Source: an uncultured Gemmatimonadaceae bacterium (GTDB taxonomy: Bacteria; Gemmatimonadota; Gemmatimonadetes; Gemmatimonadales; Gemmatimonadaceae). Taken from it: 64,000 nucleotides of DNA. Below the pieces are notes generated by a model. That model made no database searches and had not been told where the DNA came from. It was given only the letters and a program-made list of their open reading frames with translations. The first letter of the stretch is position 1. Each line of letters begins with the position of its first letter. Shown here in pieces: positions 11,958-21,286 of this stretch. The stretch is taken from positions 320,001-384,000 of the forward strand of contig CAVVTZ010000009.1 in the NCBI GenBank assembly GCA_963751275.1, in the 5' to 3' direction. Position numbers and translations under genes: made by a program.

Positions 11958-12800
11958 TCAGCTCCCAAGCTCGTGCAGGTACGCGTACACCGCCGCCACC
12001 TCCGCGTCGGTGAAATGCACGAACTGCGCCTTCGCGACTTCGCTCATCGTCGGGATCTTCGCGTTGCCCGGCGCGACACCGGTGCGCATGAGCGTCGCGA
12101 ATTGCTCGGGCGAGAATGTCTTGACGATGCGAAGGTCGAAGCTCCCGAAGAACGGGTCGCCGCGCAGCTGCGGACCGTGGCATTCCGTGCACGACGTCTG
12201 CACGAGATAGCGGCCCGCGGCGCCGAGGGAGTCGGTCGCCGGCGGCAGCGGCGATTCGGACGCAATGATGTCCGGCTGCGTCCTGAACTTTCCCGTGACG
12301 ACGCCGATGCGGCCGAGCGGGCCCAACGCGAGACCCGGCTCATAGCCATCGACCGCCGGTACAGAGCGCACATAGGCGAGGATCCGCGCAAGATCGGCGT
12401 CGGTCAGGTAATGGAACGTCTTGGCCGGCATCGCGAACACGCCGCGCCCGCCGGGCCGCATGCCGTAGCGGATGATCTGCGCCAGCTGCGCATCGTTGTA
12501 ACGCTTCACCGACTGCGTGAGGTTGGGCGCAATGAGCCGCGCGACGCCCTTCTCGTTGAAGAACAGCGTCCCCTCGAGCTTCTGCCCGTGACACCCCTCG
12601 CAGCCGTGGATCAGCACCAGCCGGTGCCCTTCATCGATCGAAGCCTGGTCCGTGGGCAGCACCAACGCCGCGGCCGGCGGCTCGGGCCACGCCTTGTTCA
12701 CCTTCTTCTCCGAGATCAGGTAGATCGCCGCCCACGCGATGACCGCGAGCATGACCAGCGTGGTGCCCGCGAGGCGCAGCCACTTCCAGACGCGGCTCAC
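11958..12800 (-). CDS. Membrane-anchored diheme cytochrome c
   Basis: N-terminal TM helix; two CxxCH motifs (CEGCH, CTECH); APNLT. Confidence 0.9.
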   Translation of the reverse strand: MSRVWKWLRLAGTTLVMLAVIAWAAIYLISEKKVNKAWPEPPAAALVLPTDQASIDEGHRLVLIHGCEGCHGQKLEGTLFFNEKGVARLIAPNLTQSVKRYNDAQLAQIIRYGMRPGGRGVFAMPAKTFHYLTDADLARILAYVRSVPAVDGYEPGLALGPLGRIGVVTGKFRTQPDIIASESPLPPATDSLGAAGRYLVQTSCTECHGPQLRGDPFFGSFDLRIVKTFSPEQFATLMRTGVAPGNAKIPTMSEVAKAQFVHFTDAEVAAVYAYLHELGS

Positions 12801-14110
12801 TTCTTGTTCTTGGAATCGGAGTCGCTGTCGAGCATGCCGCCCTTCGCGACCATCTGCGCCGCGAGCACGCTCCGGATCACCTGCGTGATGTCGTTCGCGG
12901 TGGTCTCCGGCGCGCCCTTCCCGTCGCCGCTCGAGAAGGTGATGAATTTCGCGTCGCTCAGCGCCGCGGCGATCGCGGGCATGATGGTCGGGATCATCTC
13001 GATCTGGCGGTAGCGGAAATACGCCTCGCCGCCGGCCTGGATCGCCTGGTTCACCCGCTGAATGCTCTCGGCGGTCGCCTCGGCCACCTTCCGGATCTTG
13101 ATCGCCTCGGCGTCGGCGCTCGCTTCGGCGTCGAGGCGCACCTTCGCCGCGTCGGCCTTGGCCTGCGCGATCTGCGTGGCGTCGAGCTCGGCCTCGCGCT
13201 GCAGTCCCGCCGCCTCCTGCCGCTTGGCTTCCGCCTGCGCGATGAGCGCGGCGTTGCTCGCCTTGGTCTGCTCGAGCTCGCGCTGCTTGTCGCTGATCGC
13301 GCGCTCGGCGTCGAGCTGCGCTTCCTTCGCGCGGCGCGCCTGCATCGCCGAGACGATCTCGGCGTTGGCACTCGCCTCGGCGGCCGACTGGCGGCGCCGC
13401 GCCTCGGCGACCTCCGACTGCACGATCTTGATGTTCAGCGAATTGAAGATGAGACCGAGGTCCGTGAGCTCGCGCGAACAGGCTTTGCGGATGATCACCG
13501 CGAGTGGATCGTCGTCGTCCTCGATCGACGCGCCGGCGGCATCGGTGTGCACCACGGGCGGCGGCGGCGCGGCGCGCACCGCCGGCGCGGTGCCGGGCGA
13601 TGGTGGCAGCAGCGCGCGCGACGCGCTCGGCGTGGCCTTCGCCGAGAAGAGCTGGTCGTGCGAGAGCAGGTTGATCGCGCGGCGGCCCGAGCTGGAGAGC
13701 AGGTCGGTGAGCGTGCTCACCTGGTCGGCCTCGCGCTTGGAGAAGAAGCGATTGGCCGCGGTCTTGATCAGCGTGTCGGTGTCGCCCACCGAGACGATGG
13801 CGCTCGCGAGCACGCGCACCTTGATCGGGCGCGGCGTGCCGTTCTCGTCGATGTCGGAGGTCTGGTCGGTGATGTCAAGATCGACGTTGATCACCTTGCT
13901 GGAGATCGTGGTGCCGGTGGTGAAGAGCGGGATCTCCTTCGATTTCCCGGGGCCGCGGTAGATGATCGTGCCGCCGCCGAGCCAGCTGACGAGGCGGATC
14001 TCACCGGCGTCCACATCGCGCAGGAACTTCGAGACGATGAGCGGGACGGCGACGAGCACGAAGACCAGGACGCCGGCGATGATCACGCCGCTCGACATGA
14101 GCGAATCCAT
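12797..14110 (-). CDS. Flotillin/SPFH-domain protein
   Basis: N-terminal TM, SPFH-like region, long AEA/AQA coiled coil; lies downstream of an NfeD-like gene. Confidence 0.8.
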   Translation of the reverse strand: MDSLMSSGVIIAGVLVFVLVAVPLIVSKFLRDVDAGEIRLVSWLGGGTIIYRGPGKSKEIPLFTTGTTISSKVINVDLDITDQTSDIDENGTPRPIKVRVLASAIVSVGDTDTLIKTAANRFFSKREADQVSTLTDLLSSSGRRAINLLSHDQLFSAKATPSASRALLPPSPGTAPAVRAAPPPPVVHTDAAGASIEDDDDPLAVIIRKACSRELTDLGLIFNSLNIKIVQSEVAEARRRQSAAEASANAEIVSAMQARRAKEAQLDAERAISDKQRELEQTKASNAALIAQAEAKRQEAAGLQREAELDATQIAQAKADAAKVRLDAEASADAEAIKIRKVAEATAESIQRVNQAIQAGGEAYFRYRQIEMIPTIMPAIAAALSDAKFITFSSGDGKGAPETTANDITQVIRSVLAAQMVAKGGMLDSDSDSKNKK

Positions 14111-14137
14111 ACTGAATGCTCCGGGGGTGCGGGACGG

Positions 14138-14758
14138 TTAGATGAGCGAGACAGTGACGCGGTTCTTCGCGGGGTCCACCTGTTCGATGCGCACGCGCGT
14201 GCCGGCCGGCACGCGCGTGGCGAGCGCGTGATCCGACTTTTGCAACGTGCCGAGGATCTGCACGAGCTGGCCGTCGACCTCGATGGCGACGAGCCCCTGT
14301 CCGTTCTTGTCGAAGGCGCTGGCGACGGTGGCCTCGCTGCCCACCGCGCTCTCGAGCGTGAGCGCGGGGGCGGATTCGAAGCGCAGCGCCTGCTTCCAGA
14401 TGGGCGCGACGATGAGGCGTTCGAAGAAGAGGCCGCCGGCGAGCGCGACGGCGAGCAGGATCGGCCCGCTGATCCATCGTTGCGCGAAGACGCCGCTGGT
14501 ACCGATGCCGAGACAGAGCGCGAAGAGGATGCGCGGCGAGATGAGCGCCGAGAGCGACTTGGAGGCGGACTCTCTAATGGACGGATGATGCGCGCCGCCG
14601 TGCGCATGGGTGGGGCCACCGCGCACATGGCCGCCGTGGCCCGCATGACCGCCGTGACCCGCGTGCCCGTGCGCACCGCCATGGCGCACGCCGCCCACGA
14701 GGGCCATCGCGGCAAGGCCGAGACCGCCAAGGATCAGGAGGAGCATGTAGGGGGTCAT
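14138..14758 (-). CDS. Short NfeD-like (YuaF-type) membrane protein with His/Gly-rich loop
   Basis: Three TM segments, HGGAHGHAGHGGHAGHGGH, C-terminal OB-fold-like region. Confidence 0.72.
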   Translation of the reverse strand: MTPYMLLLILGGLGLAAMALVGGVRHGGAHGHAGHGGHAGHGGHVRGGPTHAHGGAHHPSIRESASKSLSALISPRILFALCLGIGTSGVFAQRWISGPILLAVALAGGLFFERLIVAPIWKQALRFESAPALTLESAVGSEATVASAFDKNGQGLVAIEVDGQLVQILGTLQKSDHALATRVPAGTRVRIEQVDPAKNRVTVSLI

Positions 14759-14805
14759 ACGAGGGGATACGCTACGTCGTGGCGAGCCGGGCGCAAGAGT
14801 CGGTA

Positions 14806-14895
14806 CTACAGACTGAGACGCTAGACTTGGACGTTAGAAGACAACGGCCACAGCGAAAGCGGTCTAACGTCTCAGTCTAGAGTCTCAGTCTGCAG
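14806..14895. repeat. Inverted-repeat element family D, copy 3
   Basis: CTACAGACTGAGACGCTAGACTTGGACGTTAGA ... TCTAACGTCTCAGTCTAGAGTCTCAGTCTGCAG, between divergent genes. Confidence 0.9.
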
Positions 14896-14953
14896 CTGGT
14901 TAGATTTACGGCTCGGCAACACATCACTACGCTCGCACCAGAGACCCCCACAC

Positions 14954-16102
14954 ATGCGAATGCTCGTTCTTGGGGCCGGCCTTCAGGGCTCGGCCTGCGC
15001 CTATGATCTGCTCCAGAATCCCGAAGTCAAAGAGGTCCGCTTGGCGGACCTGCATATCACGCACCTGCCGGAATTCCTGGCGCCGTATTCGGGGAAGCGG
15101 CTGATCCCGACGCCGCTCGACGTGCGCGACCGCGACGCGGTGCTCGCGCTGATGAAGGAAGCGGACGCGGTGATGAGCGCCATCCCGTACTATTTCAATC
15201 TGGATCTCGCGAAGCTGGCGGTGGAAGCGGGCACGAACTTCTGCGATCTGGGCGGCAACACCGAGATCGTATTCCAGCAGAAGATGCTGAGCGACAAGGC
15301 GGCGGCGAAGGGGAAGACGATCATCCCCGACTGCGGCCTCGCGCCGGGAATGGTGAACATCCTGGCGCAGCACGGCATCAGCAAGCTCGACAGCGTGAAG
15401 AGCGTGAAGATCTTCGTGGGCGGGCTGCCGCAGCATCCGGAGCCGCCGCTCAATTATCAGATCGTGTATTCGCTGGAGGGCGTGCTCGATTACTACACGA
15501 CGCTCTCGTGGGTCGTGCGCGACGGCAAGCGTACGCAGGTGAAGGCGCTGAGCGAGCGCGAGCCGGTGGAATTCGCGAGCCCGGTGGGGATGCTCGAAGC
15601 GTTCCACACGGCGGGCGGGCTGTCCACCATGGCATGGCGCTACGAGGGGAAGATCCCGACCATGGAGTACAAGACGCTCCGCTATCCCGGTCATGCGCAC
15701 ATCATGGAAGCGATCCGCGAATTGGGACTGCTCGATCTCACGCCGGTGGATGTGAAGGGCGTGAAGGTGGTCCCGCGCGACGTGACCGTGGCGACGATGG
15801 GGCCGCGTCTCACGAAGCCCACCGGGCGCGATCTGGTGGCGCTGCGCGTGGTGGTGGACGGGATGAAGGGCGGTAAGCCGAAACAGGTGGGCTGGGAGTT
15901 GATCGCGTACTACGACGAAGCGCGCGGCATTTCCGCGATGATGCAGACGACGGGCTATTCGCTGTCGATCACGGGGCAGATGCAGGCGCGAGGCGGGATC
16001 AAGCCGGCGGGGGTGCATACGCCGGATGAGTGCATTCCGGCGGATGAGTACATCGCGGCGCTGGACAAGCGCGGGGTGCACATTCGGGAGATGAAGTTCT
16101 AA
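14954..16102 (+). CDS. Saccharopine dehydrogenase / lysine 6-dehydrogenase family protein
   Basis: GAGLQG Rossmann motif, DLGG, DCGLAPG, VGGLPQ, YKTLRYPGH, SAMMQTTG. Confidence 0.9.
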   Translation: MRMLVLGAGLQGSACAYDLLQNPEVKEVRLADLHITHLPEFLAPYSGKRLIPTPLDVRDRDAVLALMKEADAVMSAIPYYFNLDLAKLAVEAGTNFCDLGGNTEIVFQQKMLSDKAAAKGKTIIPDCGLAPGMVNILAQHGISKLDSVKSVKIFVGGLPQHPEPPLNYQIVYSLEGVLDYYTTLSWVVRDGKRTQVKALSEREPVEFASPVGMLEAFHTAGGLSTMAWRYEGKIPTMEYKTLRYPGHAHIMEAIRELGLLDLTPVDVKGVKVVPRDVTVATMGPRLTKPTGRDLVALRVVVDGMKGGKPKQVGWELIAYYDEARGISAMMQTTGYSLSITGQMQARGGIKPAGVHTPDECIPADEYIAALDKRGVHIREMKF

Positions 16103-16139
16103 CGGCTCGGTGCTCGGCCATCGGCTGTCGGAACGGCAA

Positions 16140-16164
16140 AGGGCTCCCTTGATCCGGGAGCCCT
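16140..16164. terminator. Putative bidirectional terminator hairpin
   Basis: AGGGCTCCC-TTGATCC-GGGAGCCCT between convergent genes; same stem as 11274-11300. Confidence 0.55.
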
Positions 16165-16202
16165 ATTGCGACTGCGGTGTCGATGGTCGATCGCCCGTTG
16201 AT

Positions 16203-17789
16203 CTATTCTCGCACGAACGACGCGAGCGTCGCCCCCATCGCATCGATCGTCGCCTTCGCGGTGTAGCGGTCCCACCCGTTGTAGATGAACGCGAACGCCA
16301 GCAGCTCGCCGTCCTGCGCGGTGACGTAGCCGCCGAGGGAGATCACGGTGTTCGTGGTGCCCGTCTTGGCGTGCAGGTTGCCCTGCGCGGGCGTGGACCG
16401 CATGCGGCGCGCGAGGAGCTCGGTCTCGCCGGCCACGGGCAGGGACGCATGGAACGCGTCGCTCCACTGGGTGCGGTGCGAGAAGGCGAGCAGCTGCACG
16501 AGGGAGCGCGGCGTCACGCGATCGATCGTGGAGAGGCCGCTGCCGTCGGCGGCGACCACGGCGTTGCTGTCGACGCCCACCTTGCCCACGAGGAAGCGCT
16601 GCAGGAGCGCGTTGCCCGACTCCGCGGACCCGATCGAATCCGGCGCCGCATTGCGCGCGGCGTCGCGGAAGATCAGTTCGGCGAAGTGGTTGATGCTCTC
16701 GCGATTCATCACGGAGAGCATCGTGCCGAGCGGCGGTGACGGGAGGTCGCCGACCTTCACGCCGTGCACGGGCGCGGTGGCGAACTGCGTCGGGCCGTCG
16801 AGCTTGATGCCGCGGTCGGTGAGCGCGCGGCGGAAGGCGCCGGCGGTGAACGCCGTCGGATCGCCCGCGACGAGCTCATAACGGCGCTCGCCCGCGCGCG
16901 TGCCGATCCAGCCGCGCACCTCGATCGCGCCCCCCTTGGTGGTCCACGCGGCGACGCGCGCGCCGCGACTGTCGATGGTCTTCACGGAAACGGTGAGCGG
17001 ATAATCGCTCGCCGGCTCGAGGAAGACCTCGGCCTTTCCATTCACCTTCCCGGGGCGCACGACCACCTGCAGCACGTTCTCGTTCAGCGACAGCGCGGAC
17101 ACCGGCGCGGCGTACGCGGCGCTCAGGTAGCGGCGCCTCCAGCCCTCGGGGATCCGCTGCGGATCGAACGCGCTCGCGTCGGCCACGAGATGGCCGGAGA
17201 CCTTCTTGATCCCCGCGTCGGCGACGAGTTGCGCGAGATGCTCCATGGGCGCGTTCGGGCCGCCGTCGATGAACCGCGGCGAGAGTGCGGGATCGCCGTC
17301 GCCGCGGAGCACGAGATCGCCGTGCAGCGTGCCGTCGGGGCCGACGTCGCCGGTGCGCAGGACCTCGGTGTGGAACTGGTGGCCCGGACCGAACTGATCG
17401 AGCGCCAAGGCGCTGGTGAAGAGCTTCATGTTCGACGCCGGCTGCAGCGAGCTGTCGGCGTTGAGCGAGTAGAGGGTGTCGCCGCGCGAGAGCGAGATGA
17501 CCATCACGCCCCAATGTCCGCCGCGCTGCGCGTGGCCGAGCAGTGTGCCGATGTCGTTATTCAGCGCGACGGCGCTGGTGGGCGTGAGATACGCGATCGG
17601 CGCGGGAGCGGGCGCCGCGCGGTGTTTCTTCTTGTGGCGTGCGGTGGGTGCGCCGCCGGCGGCTTTGACGTTCTTGGTGGACTTCGCGGCCGCAGAGTCA
17701 GTGGACGCGCTCAGGTTCGCCGGCGCGAGAAGGAGCGTCGCGACGGCGAGAGTGAGGAGGGTGTTCAGATGACGGCGGACGAGGCGCAT
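16203..17789 (-). CDS. dacB: D-Ala-D-Ala carboxypeptidase/endopeptidase PBP4 (peptidase S13)
   Basis: PASNMK (SxxK), SIN (SxN), DGSGLS, KTGT. Confidence 0.94.
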   Translation of the reverse strand: MRLVRRHLNTLLTLAVATLLLAPANLSASTDSAAAKSTKNVKAAGGAPTARHKKKHRAAPAPAPIAYLTPTSAVALNNDIGTLLGHAQRGGHWGVMVISLSRGDTLYSLNADSSLQPASNMKLFTSALALDQFGPGHQFHTEVLRTGDVGPDGTLHGDLVLRGDGDPALSPRFIDGGPNAPMEHLAQLVADAGIKKVSGHLVADASAFDPQRIPEGWRRRYLSAAYAAPVSALSLNENVLQVVVRPGKVNGKAEVFLEPASDYPLTVSVKTIDSRGARVAAWTTKGGAIEVRGWIGTRAGERRYELVAGDPTAFTAGAFRRALTDRGIKLDGPTQFATAPVHGVKVGDLPSPPLGTMLSVMNRESINHFAELIFRDAARNAAPDSIGSAESGNALLQRFLVGKVGVDSNAVVAADGSGLSTIDRVTPRSLVQLLAFSHRTQWSDAFHASLPVAGETELLARRMRSTPAQGNLHAKTGTTNTVISLGGYVTAQDGELLAFAFIYNGWDRYTAKATIDAMGATLASFVRE

Positions 17790-17909
17790 TTCTGTGGATT
17801 ACGGAGGTTATGCTGGTACAATGACTTACGAGTGGGGGCTCGAAAAGTCACGCGTTAATATAAGCGATGTCGCGGCCGAGCGAGTTCGGGAGGCTGTCGG
17901 GGTCTAGCT

Positions 17910-18060
17910 GATGACGGCTGAACAACAAACTGCTTGACAGGATGACAGGATTACAGGACAACTGCTGATGACCACTTGAGGCGGCTGCCTCAAGTGGTCA
18001 TCAGCAGTTGTCCTGTAATCCTGTCATCCTGTCAAAGCAGTTCGCTGTTCAGCGGTCATC
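17910..18060. repeat. Long inverted repeat, family A, copy 2
   Basis: 49-bp perfect arms 17934-17982 / 17987-18035 with 4-nt loop, extending imperfectly to about 73 bp. Contains ACAGGATG/ACAGGATT 8-nt units. Confidence 0.96.
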
Positions 18061-19255
18061 ACAGCTTGATAACGATATGCTTGCGATAGAGCCAGGTCAG
18101 CAAGCCCATGAACAGCATCACCCAGCAGATCGCGAAGGCGAGGCTCGCGTCCCTCGGCTCGAGCCAGGGCGCGAAGACGGAATCAAATATCCACCCTTCC
18201 AGCGGGATCAATCCGTCCTTCGATGGAACCCGGATCAGCGTATAGAGCAAGCGGCCGAGGAAGCCGCTGGCGACGAAGGCGAACAAGGGATTCGTGCCGT
18301 AGATGATCCACGGTTTCGTCCACCACGTGATCTTCTGCACGTCGATGAGCCACATGCAGGCGGCGATCGAGAGCGCGGCCATGCCGGCGGTGAAGAGCAC
18401 GTAGGAGCTCGTCCAGATGTTCTTCGCGATGGGGAAGGACCAGTGCCACATGAGGCCGGTCATCATCGCGATCGCGCCGGCGGTGAACATCGCGTTGAGC
18501 TTCTCGGGGAGCGGGCGGTCGGTGGCGATCCAGCGGCCGGTGAGATCGCCGAGGATGACGGTGCCGATCGCGGGGACGGTCGAGAGCAAACCTTCCGGGT
18601 CCCACGTGTGCGAGCCGACCCACATGTGGTTGGTGGTGAGGATCGTGCGATCGAGCCACGCGGCGAGGGAGCCGTCGGGGACGCCGAGCATCAGGGCGCC
18701 GATCCCGTGTCCCGGAACGGGGATCAGCGTCATCGCGAACCAATAGCCGAAGAGGAGCACGGCGAGGATCGTGACCTGCTGCTTCACGCTCGTGCGCAGG
18801 GTGAGCAGCGCGCCGAAGGTGTAGCAGAGGGCGATGCGCTGCAGGACGCCGGTGAGGCGCCAGTGCGCGAGATCGAGATGCGGCGTGCGCGAATCGAAGA
18901 CGAGGCCACCCGGCAGGGTGATGTAGAACTGGTGGTACGGAAAGCCGGTCATGAGGAGACCGACGAGCAGGATCAGCCCGCCGCGCCGCAGGATCTGTCG
19001 CACCAACTCCCGATCGCCGTCGCCGCGCGCGCGCCGCGCCGAGAGCGAGAGGTGGGTCGTGATGCCGACGATGAAGAGGAAGAAGGGGAAGATGAGATCG
19101 GTGGGCGTCCAGCCGAACCATTCCGCGTGCTCGAGCGGGGGATAGATCGCGGCCCAGCTGCCCGGATCGTTCACGAGGAGCATGCCGGCGACGGTCAATC
19201 CCCGGAAGACGTCGAGTGCCGCGAGGCGAGGGCGTTGGGCTGAGATCACGCTCAT
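18059..19255 (-). CDS. Heparan-alpha-glucosaminide N-acetyltransferase-like (NagX/DUF5009) membrane protein
   Basis: LDVFRGLTVAGMLLVN, HAEWFG.TPTDLIFPFFLF, GVLQRIA, DPEGLLST, KNIWTSSYV. Confidence 0.9.
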   Translation of the reverse strand: MSVISAQRPRLAALDVFRGLTVAGMLLVNDPGSWAAIYPPLEHAEWFGWTPTDLIFPFFLFIVGITTHLSLSARRARGDGDRELVRQILRRGGLILLVGLLMTGFPYHQFYITLPGGLVFDSRTPHLDLAHWRLTGVLQRIALCYTFGALLTLRTSVKQQVTILAVLLFGYWFAMTLIPVPGHGIGALMLGVPDGSLAAWLDRTILTTNHMWVGSHTWDPEGLLSTVPAIGTVILGDLTGRWIATDRPLPEKLNAMFTAGAIAMMTGLMWHWSFPIAKNIWTSSYVLFTAGMAALSIAACMWLIDVQKITWWTKPWIIYGTNPLFAFVASGFLGRLLYTLIRVPSKDGLIPLEGWIFDSVFAPWLEPRDASLAFAICWVMLFMGLLTWLYRKHIVIKL

Positions 19256-19273
19256 AGTCTAACATCCTCATTT

Positions 19274-19542
19274 CAACGGCACACCATCACCAGGGCTCTT
19301 AACGTTGCAGTAAACAGCCAACAGTCACGAGTGACGGCCAGTCGACAGGCAACAGTCAACAGGTCACAGAGAACGGTCCCACTCACATCTCCGGCTGGAG
19401 GACCTGAATTGGCATCGGGAGACCAGCCCTCGCTCCGGTCTGATTTCTGTGAGCTGTTGACTGTTGCCTGTCGACTGGCCGTCACTCGTGACTGTTGGCT
19501 GTTTGCTGCAACGCGAGAGGCGCTGGTGATGGCGTGTAGTTG
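19274..19542. repeat. MITE-like inverted-repeat element family E (CAACAGT-type heptamers)
   Basis: About 95-bp imperfect arms with a 51-bp perfect core (19312-19362 / 19454-19504) and a unique spacer of about 75 nt. Confidence 0.94.
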
Positions 19543-19609
19543 GCCGCCCCTAGGCAGCGCCGCGAGTCGGTGACATGATATAGCCCGTCCACCCAGCGGA
19601 GCCCGTCCC

Positions 19610-20102
19610 ATGCCCGGCAGCAATAGTATCCTGAAAGAAGGCGTCATTGCCGGCCTCATCGGCGGGATGACGGTCGCCATCTGGTTCCTCATCGTCGATA
19701 CGATCGCGACCCATCCCTTCTACACGCCGAACATGCTCGGCGCGGGCGTCGCGAGCATTCTGGGCGGCGCGGCGCTGCCGGGCATGTTCTGGAACGTCGC
19801 GGTCTATACCGTGTTCCACTTCGTGGCGTTCTGCGCGGCGGGGACGCTGCTCGCGTGGATCTTCCATCGCGCGGAGACGGAGCCGAGCGTGCTCGTGATC
19901 TTCGTGCTGCTGTTCATCATCTTCGAGCTGGGGTCGCTGGGGCTCGTGACCATGCTGGCCGAGGCGGGGATGAGGGCGCTGGCGTGGTATCAGATCGCGG
20001 CGGGGAACGTCCTCGCCTCGGTCTCGATGGGCTGGTATCTGTGGAAGGCGTATTCCGGCGCTGCGGTCGGAATTGGAGAATGCGATCGAGGGGGAAGGAT
20101 GA
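19610..20102 (+). CDS. Hypothetical multi-pass membrane protein (artefactually fused to the next gene by a +1 indel near 20053)
   Basis: Removing one base from TATTCCG gives YPALRSELENAIEGEG-TGA(20100-20102), overlapping the next ATG. Confidence 0.7.
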
Positions 20103-20773
20103 AACGACTCGGCTATCAGCACTCGGCCACCGGGCATTGCAGTCGGTGGCGAGCGGGGGCGCTCGGCATGAGCGCACTCCTGGCGATCGGGACGATCGGC
20201 GCGCAGGCCGCGGCGGACAAGGCGGCGCCGATGCCGGACCTGCGCGCGGGATTCTACGCGAGCGGCGGCGTGGCATACGGCTCGGGGCCGGTGGATGTCA
20301 CCGTGAATTCCATGCCCGCCTCGGAAACACCGACCGGGATCAGCTTCTATCTCGCGGCGGGCACCGCGCTGAGTCCGCATTGGCGCGTGGGCGGGGAGTG
20401 GGATGTACTGCTCGTCTCGGGGCTGTTCAGTGACGAGCTGGCGGGCCCACAGAGCGGGACCCTCGGCTTCCTCTCGGCGGCGGTCGCGTACTACCCGAGT
20501 CTGACGAAGGCATTCTGGGTGAAGGGGAATCTCGGCTGGGCCAGGCTGGGCGTGAGCTCGTCAGCCAGCGGCGCGTCGAGCGAGTCCGGCGTCGGCGGCG
20601 GGATCGGCGCGGGGTACGACTACCGCCTCGGCCACTCGGAGTACGTGCTGATCCCGTTCGTGAATTACTTCACGCAATTCTCGCACGCGGACCTCAACGG
20701 CTACCTGCAGGGCCAGGGAACCGGCAAGATCTCACTCTTCCAGGTCGGCGTCGGCCTCGGATACCACCACTGA
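20099..20773 (+). CDS. Outer-membrane beta-barrel protein
   Basis: Signal peptide, GIGAGYDYRL, C-terminal FQVGVGLGYHH. Confidence 0.7.
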   Translation: MKRLGYQHSATGHCSRWRAGALGMSALLAIGTIGAQAAADKAAPMPDLRAGFYASGGVAYGSGPVDVTVNSMPASETPTGISFYLAAGTALSPHWRVGGEWDVLLVSGLFSDELAGPQSGTLGFLSAAVAYYPSLTKAFWVKGNLGWARLGVSSSASGASSESGVGGGIGAGYDYRLGHSEYVLIPFVNYFTQFSHADLNGYLQGQGTGKISLFQVGVGLGYHH

Positions 20774-20795
20774 GCGGCGCGCCCCGCGCGCGCCG

Positions 20796-21236
20796 CTATT
20801 GCGGCCCGATGCGCAGCCCCTGCGTGGCGATGTAGACCTCGCGCAGGAAGCACAGCAGCGACAGGAAGAGCGCGGCCATGCTGAGGATGAACAGCACGGT
20901 CACGATCCGCGCGAAGCCGAGCGACACCGATGAGCCGATGAAGAGCGCCGCGATCAGCGCGCAGATGCACAGCGCACAGAGCGTGTCGAGGCTGATCGCC
21001 CAGTTGATGAGCCGCGCGCGCTGGGAGAGGTGGCGCAGCTCCTGGTGGAGCTCCGGCGCTTTGCCGCCGGGCGCCGCGCGCTCCTCCGCCTCCAGCTTCC
21101 GTGCGCGGTCGATGATCCGCGCCAGCCGGTTGGTGAGCACGTTCAGCAGCGCCGCCACGCCGGAGAGGAGGAACACCGGCGCGACCGCCAGCTGAATGAC
21201 GTGGGCGATCTCGCTGATCGGCGCTGCTGTCTGCAT
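20796..21236 (-). CDS. DUF2721 family membrane protein
   Basis: IQLAVAPVFLLSGV..LLNVLTNRLARIIDRAR and FLREV motifs. ATG at 21236. Confidence 0.88.
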   Translation of the reverse strand: MQTAAPISEIAHVIQLAVAPVFLLSGVAALLNVLTNRLARIIDRARKLEAEERAAPGGKAPELHQELRHLSQRARLINWAISLDTLCALCICALIAALFIGSSVSLGFARIVTVLFILSMAALFLSLLCFLREVYIATQGLRIGPQ

Positions 21237-21258
21237 GAGCGATCCTCCGCGTGGGTAT

Positions 21259-21285
21259 CGAATCCCGACTCCCGATTCCCGAGCC
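21259..21285. repeat. Heptamer tandem run (CGAATCC CGACTCC CGATTCC CGAGCC), single arm
   Basis: Four degenerate 7-mers immediately after the ctaG stop; no inverted partner seen. Confidence 0.7.
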
Positions 21286-21286
21286 G

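Noticed and set aside
11229..14895. Palindromes as integron attC sites
   Set aside because: No integron integrase, flanking genes are in mixed orientations, and no consistent RYYYAAC/GTTRRRY ends with extrahelical bases were seen.
17802..17830. Imperfect palindrome CGGAGGTTATG..CAATGACTTACG upstream of dacB as a dif-like or operator site
   Set aside because: Too degenerate, single instance, no adjacent recombinase.
19610..20773. Apparent fusion of an inner-membrane protein to a beta-barrel (387 aa)
   Set aside because: One extra base near 20053 explains it; correction restores a stop with an ATGA overlap and a separate signal peptide.
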